From the NCBI GenBank assembly GCA_965216875.1, contig OZ244207.1:7264001-7328000 (forward strand): DNA of 64,000 bases, given 5' to 3'. A program made the translations under genes and the position numbers. Under the pieces are notes generated by a model. The model did no database searches. It worked only from the letters and a program-made list of their open reading frames with translations, and was not told where the DNA came from. This document shows positions 9,705 through 18,766 of the stretch, piece after piece. Source of the stretch: Rubripirellula sp. Its GTDB lineage: Bacteria > Planctomycetota > Planctomycetia > Pirellulales > Pirellulaceae. Each line of letters opens with the position of its first letter. Position 1 is the stretch's first letter.

Positions 9705-10874
9705 TCAAACTCGATGCGCGATGGCTTGATGGTAGATGTTCATCAGGATGTCGTAGTTGCGGTCGGCGGTGTACTTGAGTTCGAATTCTGATCGGGCCGC
9801 GCGGCACATCTGGTCGTACTCGCGATCTTTTTGAAACAGGCTGACCACTTTCGCTGCCAAGTCGCCTGCGTCGCCGGACTGAAAGTGCAATCCATTGACT
9901 CCGTCACTGACGAGTTCCAACATCGATCCGAGATTCGACGCGATCACAGGTGTTCCGGTCGCAAACGCTTCGATCATCGTGCGCCCGAACGTCTCGTACC
10001 AGATCGAAGGGCAAATGAGCGTTCGCGCCTCGCCGACGCGTTTCAAGACTTGGTCGTAGGGCAATTGGCCCAACCACTCAATGGCTGCGTTGTTCTTTTG
10101 CGCCTCGAGGACGCGTTGGCGCATTGGGCCATCGCCAATGATTTTGAGAGTGATCGACGAACCGAGGATGTCCCAAGCATCAAGTAACGTGTCGATCCCT
10201 TTTTCGATCGAGAGTCGGCCCACGAAGACCGCTTCACGATTGACCGCAGGGAAGACTCCGGGATCAGGCCGCACGAAGTTGGGTTTCACCGCAACCATTT
10301 CCGGCTGTAAACCGCTGGCGATAAATCGTTCGCGTGAATGCTGGGTCAGTGCAATGTAGCGGCTGATGCAGCGATTCCAGGTGCCGCCCAAGCGATGCAC
10401 GCCAGCTGACAGTGCCGTGATCACCGAAGCGCCACGGCTGTTGCGATAACACTTGTGCATCACGCCGGGCCAAGCAAACGTTTTGCGAATGCACTTTTCA
10501 CATACCGTGTGCTCGCGCAGCAGCGTTGAACCGGGACAGATGGTGCGGAAGTTGTGCATCGTCTGCACAACGGGCACGCCGCAGCGTTGGGCCGCATAGT
10601 AGCCGCTCGGCGAAATCAGCGGGAACGTGTTGTGAAAGTGGGCGACATCGGGCCGGTGCTTGCGGATCAGTCGGGTAATCTCGCGGTAGCTATCGTGGCT
10701 CCAGAGCGTTGCTTGGGCGGTTGCGAGCCGGCTTGCTTGGTCGATGTCATGGTTGTCACGCTCAAAGCGAATGACCTCGTGGCCAAAACGTTCCAACAGC
10801 CATCCCTCGTCGCGGTAGACGTGGTCTTCTCCGCCCGGTTGCTGATAGAAGTTGTGGCACAGCAGGATTTTCAC
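9705..10874 (-). CDS. Glycosyltransferase family 4
   Basis: MKILLCHNFYQQPGGED, FVGRLSIEKG, PSIWYETFGRTMIEAFATGTPVIAS (EX7E motif). Confidence 0.95.
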   Translation of the reverse strand: MKILLCHNFYQQPGGEDHVYRDEGWLLERFGHEVIRFERDNHDIDQASRLATAQATLWSHDSYREITRLIRKHRPDVAHFHNTFPLISPSGYYAAQRCGVPVVQTMHNFRTICPGSTLLREHTVCEKCIRKTFAWPGVMHKCYRNSRGASVITALSAGVHRLGGTWNRCISRYIALTQHSRERFIASGLQPEMVAVKPNFVRPDPGVFPAVNREAVFVGRLSIEKGIDTLLDAWDILGSSITLKIIGDGPMRQRVLEAQKNNAAIEWLGQLPYDQVLKRVGEARTLICPSIWYETFGRTMIEAFATGTPVIASNLGSMLELVSDGVNGLHFQSGDAGDLAAKVVSLFQKDREYDQMCRAARSEFELKYTADRNYDILMNIYHQAIAHRV

Positions 10875-11002
10875 GGCAGTGGTGCGCGCAGCATCGAAAA
10901 GAGGAGTGACTGAAGACTGCTGCCAGATTAGTTGCGTGATTCCCCTCTACAGAATGTAAAGGCAGGGAAAAGTGAGCTCCGTCGGTTCACCAAGATCGAA
11001 TG

Positions 11003-11029
11003 CCGCTACAACCGCTACCGCCGTCACAG
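11003..11029. promoter_or_regulatory. 9-bp-periodic CCGnnACAACCG motif, putative regulator site
   Basis: CCGCTACAA-CCGCTACCG-CCGTCACAG; same core at 18417 and 36427. Confidence 0.35.
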
Positions 11030-11039
11030 GTAGCGCCCT

Positions 11040-11132
11040 TGAGCCGCTGGCCGTGAGGCCTCGGGCCCTTGCCGACGCGCAGCTAGTTTGAAGGCGAGTA
11101 AGGCCTGGCCGTTTACGCGAGTCTCGGCTCAC
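11040..11132. repeat. REP-like palindromic element (TGAGCCG...CGGCTCAC variant)
   Basis: Terminal inverted repeats are shared with the GTGAGCCG family found elsewhere in the window. Confidence 0.6.
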
Positions 11133-11161
11133 TTGCGGATTCGCAATCAAAGCCCGTGGCA

Positions 11162-14100
11162 CTACCGGTCGGCTGCCACGATGCGATGCTCGAGTAGACT
11201 CCAAGTCGCATCACCATTGCCTAAGTCAATTTCCATTGCCTCACCCTTCCGGATCGCGGTGCCGATTCGAAAAGAGAATTGTGTTTGGTCTTCTGAGACG
11301 CCGAGATTCTCGATGCCAATGGATGTCCATGAACGAGTCTGAAGCCGATAAAGAGACGCACCTGTTGAAGGTTCTAACGATCCGCCGACAACAGTAACCG
11401 TATCCCCAGGACGGACAATGATCGGTCCAGAACTGATCAGTCCAGAACTGATGGGGGACTCGACTCCGTTGACGAGAATCGCACTCGCATAGGGAATTTG
11501 CATGATTTCACTTCGCCCGCCGACGCCCGCAACGGAAATCCCCTTGGCGATGTCGTCATAGGTAAGGCCACGAACCCGAGGATCGTCCCAGCTAAACGTG
11601 TAGCTCCCCGCAAAGACCTCTTCGTCCGACAGTGGGACTTCGAACTGACCAATCATGACCTTGTCGCCGAAGTCAACGCCTCGGAAATGAATGGTTAGGT
11701 CGGAGGTGTTTTCACGACTATAGATTTCGGGAATGACTTGGACATAACGCTCTGGGCTAAGCAATCCCCAACGCATCATGCCCGTCACAGCATTGTCGGG
11801 CACTTGATAGGGAGCGGTGTAGTACTCGAATTCGTCTACGTTGACGGCGGCCGCCGTCCACGACGCACGTTCGGGAATCGATTCGCCGTTAGCGTTTGTT
11901 CTCCGCGCAAAGACAACGGTATCGCCTGTATCAACGATCGATTGTGGGGCGGAAAGCACTTGCCCTGCATTGACGCTCGGAATGCTTGGGTCGGCCGGTG
12001 TTCCGGAAGTGGCAACGAGTGACGCGTGAAGATCGGCTACCCCTTCGGCTTCACTCGGATTCCACGAATGTGATCCCCAACCGTTGCTGATAACAATCGG
12101 CTCCGACGGCAGCGTTTCGAGATTGTCGGGGCCCAGCCAAACACCAGACTCCAATGCTAGACGACCATAGCCGACCCACCAATGACGAATGATTGAGGTC
12201 GGATCGGGCGAATAAGAAGTAGGCGACCTCAAATACACGTTAGGTCGATAGGTGACGTGCGTGTCGTTGTAGTCGATCTGCCAGTGGTGATCGCCCCAAT
12301 CGACATCGAAAACGAATCCATATTCGAACCTTTCAATTTCGAGGTCCAGCCAAGTCTCCCGGTCATAGCGTCGCTCGGAGGAGTATTTGAGGACAGAACG
12401 CACTTCATTGAGCTTGGGGACGATAGGCAGCAAGTTGAGCGAATTGCCAGTTCGATCGCCAAAGATCATGAGTGGTCCCGCAGAAGAAGCGACGGTTTCA
12501 AACTCAAGTCCATCTTGTTCGGAATACGACAGGGGCCGTTCCGATTTTCCCGCCGCCTCGCTACCTCGGCCGATGAGTTGTTGTCGAAAACGATAGGGAG
12601 GCCACGAATCGGCGTCGCATTGGTAATCGTCCGTTGGCGTGCAATCAACGAAGTAACGGAAAGATTGCCCGTGGTTGGCCGATGGTAAACCGTCGAAAAG
12701 GGGAGTGCCAACCGACGCCACCGGCATCTCCAACTCGTCCCACCATGGATCGAGTTGATCGAGTGTTGCAACGACCTCGTCTAATTCAATCTGCAGCTTG
12801 CCGTCAGTGACTTCTGGCGGCACGGTCAATGCGAGCGTTTCAAGTTGAAGGCCTTCGGCTGGCGGTGCGAACTCGGACACCACGTCGATTCCATCGATCG
12901 AAAACGCGGCCTGACCGAGATTGATTCCGGCGAGCAAGATCGTTGAACCAGGTTGCTGCGAATCGCCACTCGCGCCGACAACGGTCGGTGCAATCTTGAT
13001 GGGGAAACCTGCGTCGGCTGGCAACGCACGGTTTGGAGGCGGCTCGATCATGATCGAACCGCCATGAAAGCCGATGGGAAGCCGTACAAAGTATTCAAAC
13101 GAAGCGGTTGCTCCGGCGCGACGGCGATCAAAGAAATAGGGATCTCCGTCGCCGCTTTGCAAGAGAAACGTCAATCTTTGCGGCGGCGGTGCGGTGTTGT
13201 TTGGGTCAGTCGGTCGTACGCGAACTGTAACCAAACTCCCGCCAACTTGATGCTCGTCAGACAACCCCGCGTACGAATAGTCCTTTGCGAATTCATGAGA
13301 GTGGGTGCTTAGACTCTCAATTTCCCACTCACCGGGTGATGACTCGAGCGGTGATGGTACTTCAAGGCGATGACGTCCCGCGGCAGTAACCACTTCCAAT
13401 GAACGCTCAATCAGCGGGGTGGCTTGAGGCAAAGCGATCGGATCACAGACGTCCGGCAATGGAAGCTCGCAACCACTAATCAACTTGTCATCAATCAGTA
13501 CAGCGAAGGGTTCGCTTCCCAAGCCGGTGATGTCGTACGCGATGATACTTCGCTCACGGCTTGGCATGTCCCCGCGAATCGAGTTCGGTTCAGTAATCCG
13601 CGGGACAATGTTGAGCCAAACGCCGCCAGACTGGTCCCTCGTTCGTACCATTCCACTGGTAGCCGAGTCGGGCACACTCACGATTGCTCTGGTCCCATCC
13701 TCTGAGACATCGCGCAAAACTGAAAGGCGGCTCCCATGTATTTGTGAGTAGTGCCGGAAGGTCGGAAACATCCTCGAATCGAGCTCGAAAACGAGCGACA
13801 TTCCGGGCCTCAGGTTTTCACCAATCACCTCAATGCTTTGGTACATGTTTGCAGACGGAATCGTAGGATCCGTTGGCTCGCCATCGTTTGCGACGGATAC
13901 GATCTGGTGAATAGCAGGTGTGCCTTGTGCAGGATGATCAACCCGTTCGACAAGACGCTCACGTCGAATCGTATCGGGATCTCGATTAGAATTTTCCAGC
14001 AAATACAACCAGTCGTTTCGGAATGCCGCCCGGGTCAGATTCTCTAGCGGGTATTCAGAGTATTCGATCGCTGTCGACGGTGTGAATTGTTCGATGGAGT

Positions 14101-16303
14101 GATCAAAATCGAACAACCGTTGGGCGTATCGCACGAATCCGTTCTCTCGCAACAACAATCGAATCACGCCCGCAGCATCGTCCCAGAAAATCGCTCCCTT
14201 TAAATCGCTATTGAATTCCGGCCCGACAGACGCGGTGTATTCCGATGGCAACGAATCGGCAAGGTCTCCTTCGGCAATGACCGTTCCCGTTTTGAGCGAG
14301 ATTTCGCGCCACCGACTTCCGTCACGCCAAAGCTGGAACAGACTTTCGCGTTGAGGGTTGTAGACGCTTTCAGCGTCATGATCCGAAATGTGATAGTCGA
14401 CAGAATCATCGACTGTCCCAATCAACGTGCCTTCGGTAGCATCGATCAACAACCATTGTGGGTGTTCGGTCGGCAACGTGAAACGAACGGCGACGACTTC
14501 GGTCGCCGGCTCGAGGCTGGTCTGCTGCGAAGCGAAATGAACTCGATCACCAAACGAATCAAGCGAGACGAGATGGAGCTCCGCGATAACACCTGCGACT
14601 GGCGCGAGCGCCGAGACATCCACCACCGCGGTGGCTTGTCCGGTGAGTTGATCAACGCGAGTCAGTATTTGGTAGGCACTCAACCAAAACGCATCGCCAC
14701 CGGAATTCAACACATGTTGGTCAATGGCGGATACGTCGGGACTTGCCTCCAACACTTCGATTGGCCCTGAAACACCTTTATCGCCGGCAAGCTGCACCGT
14801 TCCAAATCCATAGATGGCCCGTGCGCCATGCTGGACGATCGGCCATTCCAACGTTTCTTCGCGCGTGACCACTTGATCAATCGCTGGATCTGAAAGGTCA
14901 TCGGTGCCCAGTGTCCGCATCCGAGGACCGCCAGCCTCGATGTCGATGCCGCCGAAAATTCGACGGTCTAGATCCCAAGTCCTCCTCCAAACGTTAGGCA
15001 ATCGGTTGTTGGGAATCACGTCCAGATCGAACAGAGCATTGCCGTAATGGTCGAGCACCATCCCCGAGATTGCGTTATCAGGAATTTGAAATTCGTAAAC
15101 TCCGAATGGCGACCTGGGGTCGCGACGGAGGGTCACTTGCCTGATTCCTTCAACGACGGTTCCGTCGCGCCATTTTCCTTCGATCACTGGAATATCGGCA
15201 TAGACCAGAGAGTCTGTGTGGGGCAATTCCACGTAGACAACCTGCCCAGCGCGTACCGCCGGACGCGACGAATCAAAGGCGGCCCCCAGGTCCGGAGTGA
15301 ATGGAAACTCTCCCACTCGCTGTGGTTGGGGAAGATGTGCGACTCGATCAACGGTACGTCGCACTGGTAAGGTCGTCGTATTGCCAGCCACGTCTTCAAG
15401 CACACCATCAAGTTGAAGATCGACGTAGGGGTTGTGGTCGGCCAAGCTAAACCGAGCCAACTCGAAATCGACAAGCGTTCGCCCGTCGGATTGCGCGTGC
15501 GTCTCGTAGGTCCGTTGCGAAATAACACCTTTGCCAGCATGATCGAATTGTCGAATCGAAAGCGTTTCCAAACTGGATTGGGTCACGCCGCTCGCGTCAG
15601 TCACGGCGAAGACCATCGTGCTGCTAGAAGTTTCGATGCTGCGTGGCAGAACGACCTCGGGGGACGTTGTGTCAAGGACAAACGAAAGGCGTGCAAGGAC
15701 CTCCGTTTGTTCTCCGTAGGGGTCACCGCTGTGCGCGACCAATTCGAGAGCCGCTGGGTAGACTTCGTGCCGACGATAGTCGTGGAAACGTCCTACAACG
15801 ACGTTGGATGGCAGTTCGAAAACGCCGTTTTCAATGATGTTGGTAATGTCAATCGACTTTTCATAGCCGAGAGCACTGACGCCACGGATTGCGAGACTCG
15901 GGCTGTCGTCATGCGATGACCAATCGATCGTTCCGCGCAGGGTTGCGTCGTTGGTGATTTTGTCATCGTTGGTCGTGCCCCCCGGGGCCGAATCGTGCGC
16001 AAGCTCGAGTTTGGCGCTGGGGAGCGATGGATCAATTTCATTGATGACCCTAAGTCGGTTGACGACAATCAGTGCATCAAGTGCCGTCACGAACCCGCTG
16101 TCATCGACGTCTCGCTGCCTTGCTTGGTACGAATTTGCGACTGAGTTGGATCCGTTTCGACGCATCCAGTTGATCACGCTGATCGCGTCCGATGCGGTGA
16201 CCTGGCCATCCGCGTTGACATCCAGCGGATCGTAAGCATCGTCGACATCCCCGGCCAATAGATTTCGTTGGCCGAGTTTTTCGAAGGTGGGTTTACGACG
16301 CAT
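11162..16303 (-). CDS. Large extracellular protein with planctomycete leader, dockerin type I domain and repeated Ig/IPT-like modules
   Basis: RRKPTFEKLGQRNLLAGD leader; dockerin pair DVNADGQVTASDAISVIN / DVDDSGFVTALDALIVVN; internal GTP.DP..PSAN.GQ repeats; 1713 aa. Confidence 0.85.
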   Translation of the reverse strand: MRRKPTFEKLGQRNLLAGDVDDAYDPLDVNADGQVTASDAISVINWMRRNGSNSVANSYQARQRDVDDSGFVTALDALIVVNRLRVINEIDPSLPSAKLELAHDSAPGGTTNDDKITNDATLRGTIDWSSHDDSPSLAIRGVSALGYEKSIDITNIIENGVFELPSNVVVGRFHDYRRHEVYPAALELVAHSGDPYGEQTEVLARLSFVLDTTSPEVVLPRSIETSSSTMVFAVTDASGVTQSSLETLSIRQFDHAGKGVISQRTYETHAQSDGRTLVDFELARFSLADHNPYVDLQLDGVLEDVAGNTTTLPVRRTVDRVAHLPQPQRVGEFPFTPDLGAAFDSSRPAVRAGQVVYVELPHTDSLVYADIPVIEGKWRDGTVVEGIRQVTLRRDPRSPFGVYEFQIPDNAISGMVLDHYGNALFDLDVIPNNRLPNVWRRTWDLDRRIFGGIDIEAGGPRMRTLGTDDLSDPAIDQVVTREETLEWPIVQHGARAIYGFGTVQLAGDKGVSGPIEVLEASPDVSAIDQHVLNSGGDAFWLSAYQILTRVDQLTGQATAVVDVSALAPVAGVIAELHLVSLDSFGDRVHFASQQTSLEPATEVVAVRFTLPTEHPQWLLIDATEGTLIGTVDDSVDYHISDHDAESVYNPQRESLFQLWRDGSRWREISLKTGTVIAEGDLADSLPSEYTASVGPEFNSDLKGAIFWDDAAGVIRLLLRENGFVRYAQRLFDFDHSIEQFTPSTAIEYSEYPLENLTRAAFRNDWLYLLENSNRDPDTIRRERLVERVDHPAQGTPAIHQIVSVANDGEPTDPTIPSANMYQSIEVIGENLRPGMSLVFELDSRMFPTFRHYSQIHGSRLSVLRDVSEDGTRAIVSVPDSATSGMVRTRDQSGGVWLNIVPRITEPNSIRGDMPSRERSIIAYDITGLGSEPFAVLIDDKLISGCELPLPDVCDPIALPQATPLIERSLEVVTAAGRHRLEVPSPLESSPGEWEIESLSTHSHEFAKDYSYAGLSDEHQVGGSLVTVRVRPTDPNNTAPPPQRLTFLLQSGDGDPYFFDRRRAGATASFEYFVRLPIGFHGGSIMIEPPPNRALPADAGFPIKIAPTVVGASGDSQQPGSTILLAGINLGQAAFSIDGIDVVSEFAPPAEGLQLETLALTVPPEVTDGKLQIELDEVVATLDQLDPWWDELEMPVASVGTPLFDGLPSANHGQSFRYFVDCTPTDDYQCDADSWPPYRFRQQLIGRGSEAAGKSERPLSYSEQDGLEFETVASSAGPLMIFGDRTGNSLNLLPIVPKLNEVRSVLKYSSERRYDRETWLDLEIERFEYGFVFDVDWGDHHWQIDYNDTHVTYRPNVYLRSPTSYSPDPTSIIRHWWVGYGRLALESGVWLGPDNLETLPSEPIVISNGWGSHSWNPSEAEGVADLHASLVATSGTPADPSIPSVNAGQVLSAPQSIVDTGDTVVFARRTNANGESIPERASWTAAAVNVDEFEYYTAPYQVPDNAVTGMMRWGLLSPERYVQVIPEIYSRENTSDLTIHFRGVDFGDKVMIGQFEVPLSDEEVFAGSYTFSWDDPRVRGLTYDDIAKGISVAGVGGRSEIMQIPYASAILVNGVESPISSGLISSGPIIVRPGDTVTVVGGSLEPSTGASLYRLQTRSWTSIGIENLGVSEDQTQFSFRIGTAIRKGEAMEIDLGNGDATWSLLEHRIVAADR

Positions 16304-16485
16304 TCAAGAAGATTGGTTGCTACGGGTGTGCCGAAACGCCAGGAAAGACGCCCCTCTGGTGAGCTTGCACTTTAACCAAAAAGGTGAGAGTGTGTCATCG
16401 GCCTGTGACATTTCGTTGGGATCTCTCAACGGATCGAGATCAGTACAATGCGGCTTTTTCGTGGTGAGATTGCGAGTTTTGCTCG

Positions 16486-17190
16486 ATGACAGCGGACGAT
16501 CCCTTTTTCGAACCCTATGACCGTAGCGAGATTGCTTACGGCGAAACGCCCTCGGCGCCATTGGCTGCGTACATCGCTCAGGTGGATCGCCGCGGGTGCG
16601 TGTACGATCTTGGTGCAGGCGCCGGCCGCGATACGCTCGCGCTCGCTCGCGCCGGTTTTGATGTCACGGCAGTTGACCTCAGTGCCCGCGGACTTGAACG
16701 AATCGTCGAACGCGCTGAATCCCAACAGATCGGCGATCGCGTCAAGACGATGGTGAGCGACGTGCGTGAGGTTGTGTTTCCCGAGAAGTTGGACGGCATC
16801 GTCGCGACGACCGTGCTCGATCACATTCCCGCCCATGATGCGCGGCCGGTTTGGGAGCGGATGGTCGCCGCGCTTGATGAGCAAGCATTTCTGTACGTCG
16901 AAGTGCACACCACCGAAGATCCAGGCTCCGACCAAGAACCGGGCGCAAGTAGCGATGCACCGGTCAGCGAGACCGCTGGTGCAGTGATCAACTACCTTCA
17001 GCCGAATCAACTTGTCGGCTGGGCGACCGAGCCCGAAGCGAACTTGCGGATCTTGCGGTACGAAGAACGATTGGAATGGGACTACACGCACGGCCCAGAA
17101 CATTTGCACGGCAAAGCTGTGCTGATCGCAGTGCGGCGCGGATTCCATCCGAGCTGGTATGGTCAACCGCCAGCATTTCCGCGCCGCTAA
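16486..17190 (+). CDS. Class I SAM-dependent methyltransferase (TehB-like)
   Basis: VYDLGAGAGRDTLALARAGFDVTAVDLS. Confidence 0.88.
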   Translation: MTADDPFFEPYDRSEIAYGETPSAPLAAYIAQVDRRGCVYDLGAGAGRDTLALARAGFDVTAVDLSARGLERIVERAESQQIGDRVKTMVSDVREVVFPEKLDGIVATTVLDHIPAHDARPVWERMVAALDEQAFLYVEVHTTEDPGSDQEPGASSDAPVSETAGAVINYLQPNQLVGWATEPEANLRILRYEERLEWDYTHGPEHLHGKAVLIAVRRGFHPSWYGQPPAFPRR

Positions 17191-17248
17191 CCACAGCTCG
17201 CGCAACTAACTTCAAGTCGCGTGAGTGCATCGCGAGACTTGGGCGGCG

Positions 17249-18274
17249 CTAGAACAGCCAACCTGACGGTTTGGGACCCACTTTGAACGACTTGAAAAAG
17301 ACCTCCTGCTCTTCGCGTTCAAGGTTGCGGTCAAGTTCCATCTGAACTGCTGGATCGGCATCCATACTGGCGGCAAGGTAGCCGATGATGATGAATCGCC
17401 CTTCAACGTGATAGGCTTCAAGCATCATGTTGGGAACAAACAGACTTCCATCGAGTCGGCCTTTGATGCCTTTGTATCCATTGCGTTCTGAAGGCGTTCC
17501 GCCCAAGAAGTCACCGCCGAGTTGGCGACTTGCTTTCTTGCGCATTTGTTCGTTGTCGATTTCGCGCGTGCCGCCGTCCATCGCGCCAAAGAAGTAGTAG
17601 GAACCGGTGGCGGTGCTTTCGACGACCGTGCAGTCGTCTGCAATGACTGTGCGAAGTTTGGTGCTAACGTCTCTTCCCTTTGGGACGAGGGCGACGCAGC
17701 CATAGTGACTTACCGCTTGATAGCCCGAAGGTGCCGACGCCTTCAGCTTGACGAATGGATCTTCCTCGGCTTCGCCTCCGCCGCCACCGCCGCCCGCCAT
17801 CATCACACCAACGCCGACGACCATCATCACCAAGACTCCGACACCTGCGATGATGCCAACGACCATGCCGGGGCTTAGCTTTTTCGAAGGGGCAGCGACC
17901 TGGCCCGGCGCGCCTCCCATGTTGGTCGATCCGTCGCCGAGAGTGGACGGGTCGACGCCGCCCTCGGGTGTGACACCTTCGAGTGGGTCGCCCGGAATCG
18001 GCCCGGTGTAAACCTCCATGTGCTCGTTGGCGACAGGAAAGTGCGACACCGCGGTTTGGTTCGAGGCGGTCGGGTAATTGAGTTGTGCGAAATCAAAACC
18101 TTCGTCATCGGGATCAAGGTTCTGTGGCGCCGCTGCGGCGACAGGACGCTGCGCGGCAGCACGAGCTTGGACCGGCACGGCGCCATTGCACTTTGGGCAT
18201 TTGACTCGTCCCGATGCGGGAGCCTGTTTGAGCCGTAAAGATGTATTGCAATGCGGGCAAGTGACGGTCAACAT
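17249..18274 (-). CDS. Zinc-ribbon (MJ0042-type) single-pass membrane protein
   Basis: MLTVTCPHC...VKCPKC, Pro/Ala-rich linker, TM helix MVVGIIAGVGVLVMMVVGVGVMM, poly-Gly, soluble C-terminal domain. Confidence 0.82.
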   Translation of the reverse strand: MLTVTCPHCNTSLRLKQAPASGRVKCPKCNGAVPVQARAAAQRPVAAAAPQNLDPDDEGFDFAQLNYPTASNQTAVSHFPVANEHMEVYTGPIPGDPLEGVTPEGGVDPSTLGDGSTNMGGAPGQVAAPSKKLSPGMVVGIIAGVGVLVMMVVGVGVMMAGGGGGGGEAEEDPFVKLKASAPSGYQAVSHYGCVALVPKGRDVSTKLRTVIADDCTVVESTATGSYYFFGAMDGGTREIDNEQMRKKASRQLGGDFLGGTPSERNGYKGIKGRLDGSLFVPNMMLEAYHVEGRFIIIGYLAASMDADPAVQMELDRNLEREEQEVFFKSFKVGPKPSGWLF

Positions 18275-18416
18275 CGACGGGGTGTCTCTAATTGGATGAC
18301 AGTTGGGAAACAATCAGGTTAGTCAGGCCAAGTCCAGAGCGGGTCGAGGCGCGAAAGATAAAACGCTGGTTCCGAACATGCTAGTTTAACGCAGACCTGG
18401 TCAACTGAGAAATGTG

Positions 18417-18428
18417 CCGTCACAACCG
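18417..18428. promoter_or_regulatory. CCGnnACAACCG motif copy
   Basis: CCGTCACAACCG, about 140 bp upstream of the zinc-ribbon gene. Confidence 0.3.
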
Positions 18429-18632
18429 GTACTTTTCCCACCCCAGCCTGATCGCCCAACGCGACATGAAAGCGCGCCTCGGCATCGCGTGGCCCACTTC
18501 CCCGGCACCTTCAGGCGGGTATCCTTTTTCTGTCTCGGCCTTCCGCGTTGGTTCGAGACTGCTGAAATCGCCCCAAACTGTCGCCCCGAACCCCGCTTCG
18601 ATCCCTCGCCCCTAGGCTGTGATTCTTTCAAA

Positions 18633-18694
18633 GTCGGCTTTCTCTCTGTGAAAGCAGCGTCCAGCGACGCAACTTTTGTGGAGCAAAATGCGAC
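18633..18694. repeat. Degenerate REP-like element, GTCGCCTTTCGCTCCGCGAAAG family
   Basis: GTCGGCTTTCTCTCTGTGAAAG...CTTTTGTGGAGCAAAATGCGAC aligns with 57724-57785. Confidence 0.75.
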
Positions 18695-18766
18695 TCGACT
18701 GAAAAACTCATCGCTTTGCCGCCTGGAATCTTCCAACCCTCTCTACTGTCAAGGACGTTGACCCCG

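Noticed and set aside
6687..11160. Lasso peptide or other RiPP cluster suggested by the Cys-less AsnB-like gene
   Set aside because: No B1/B2 (RRE/peptidase) gene, no convincing precursor peptide and no exporter; the GT4 context points to glycan chemistry.
18415..18625. Possible structured ncRNA (SRP, 6S or cobalamin riboswitch-like); GTCTCG...CGAGAC stem and short end pairing
   Set aside because: The conserved SRP loop, B12 box and long 6S rod are not matched; an Infernal/Rfam search would be needed to revive it.
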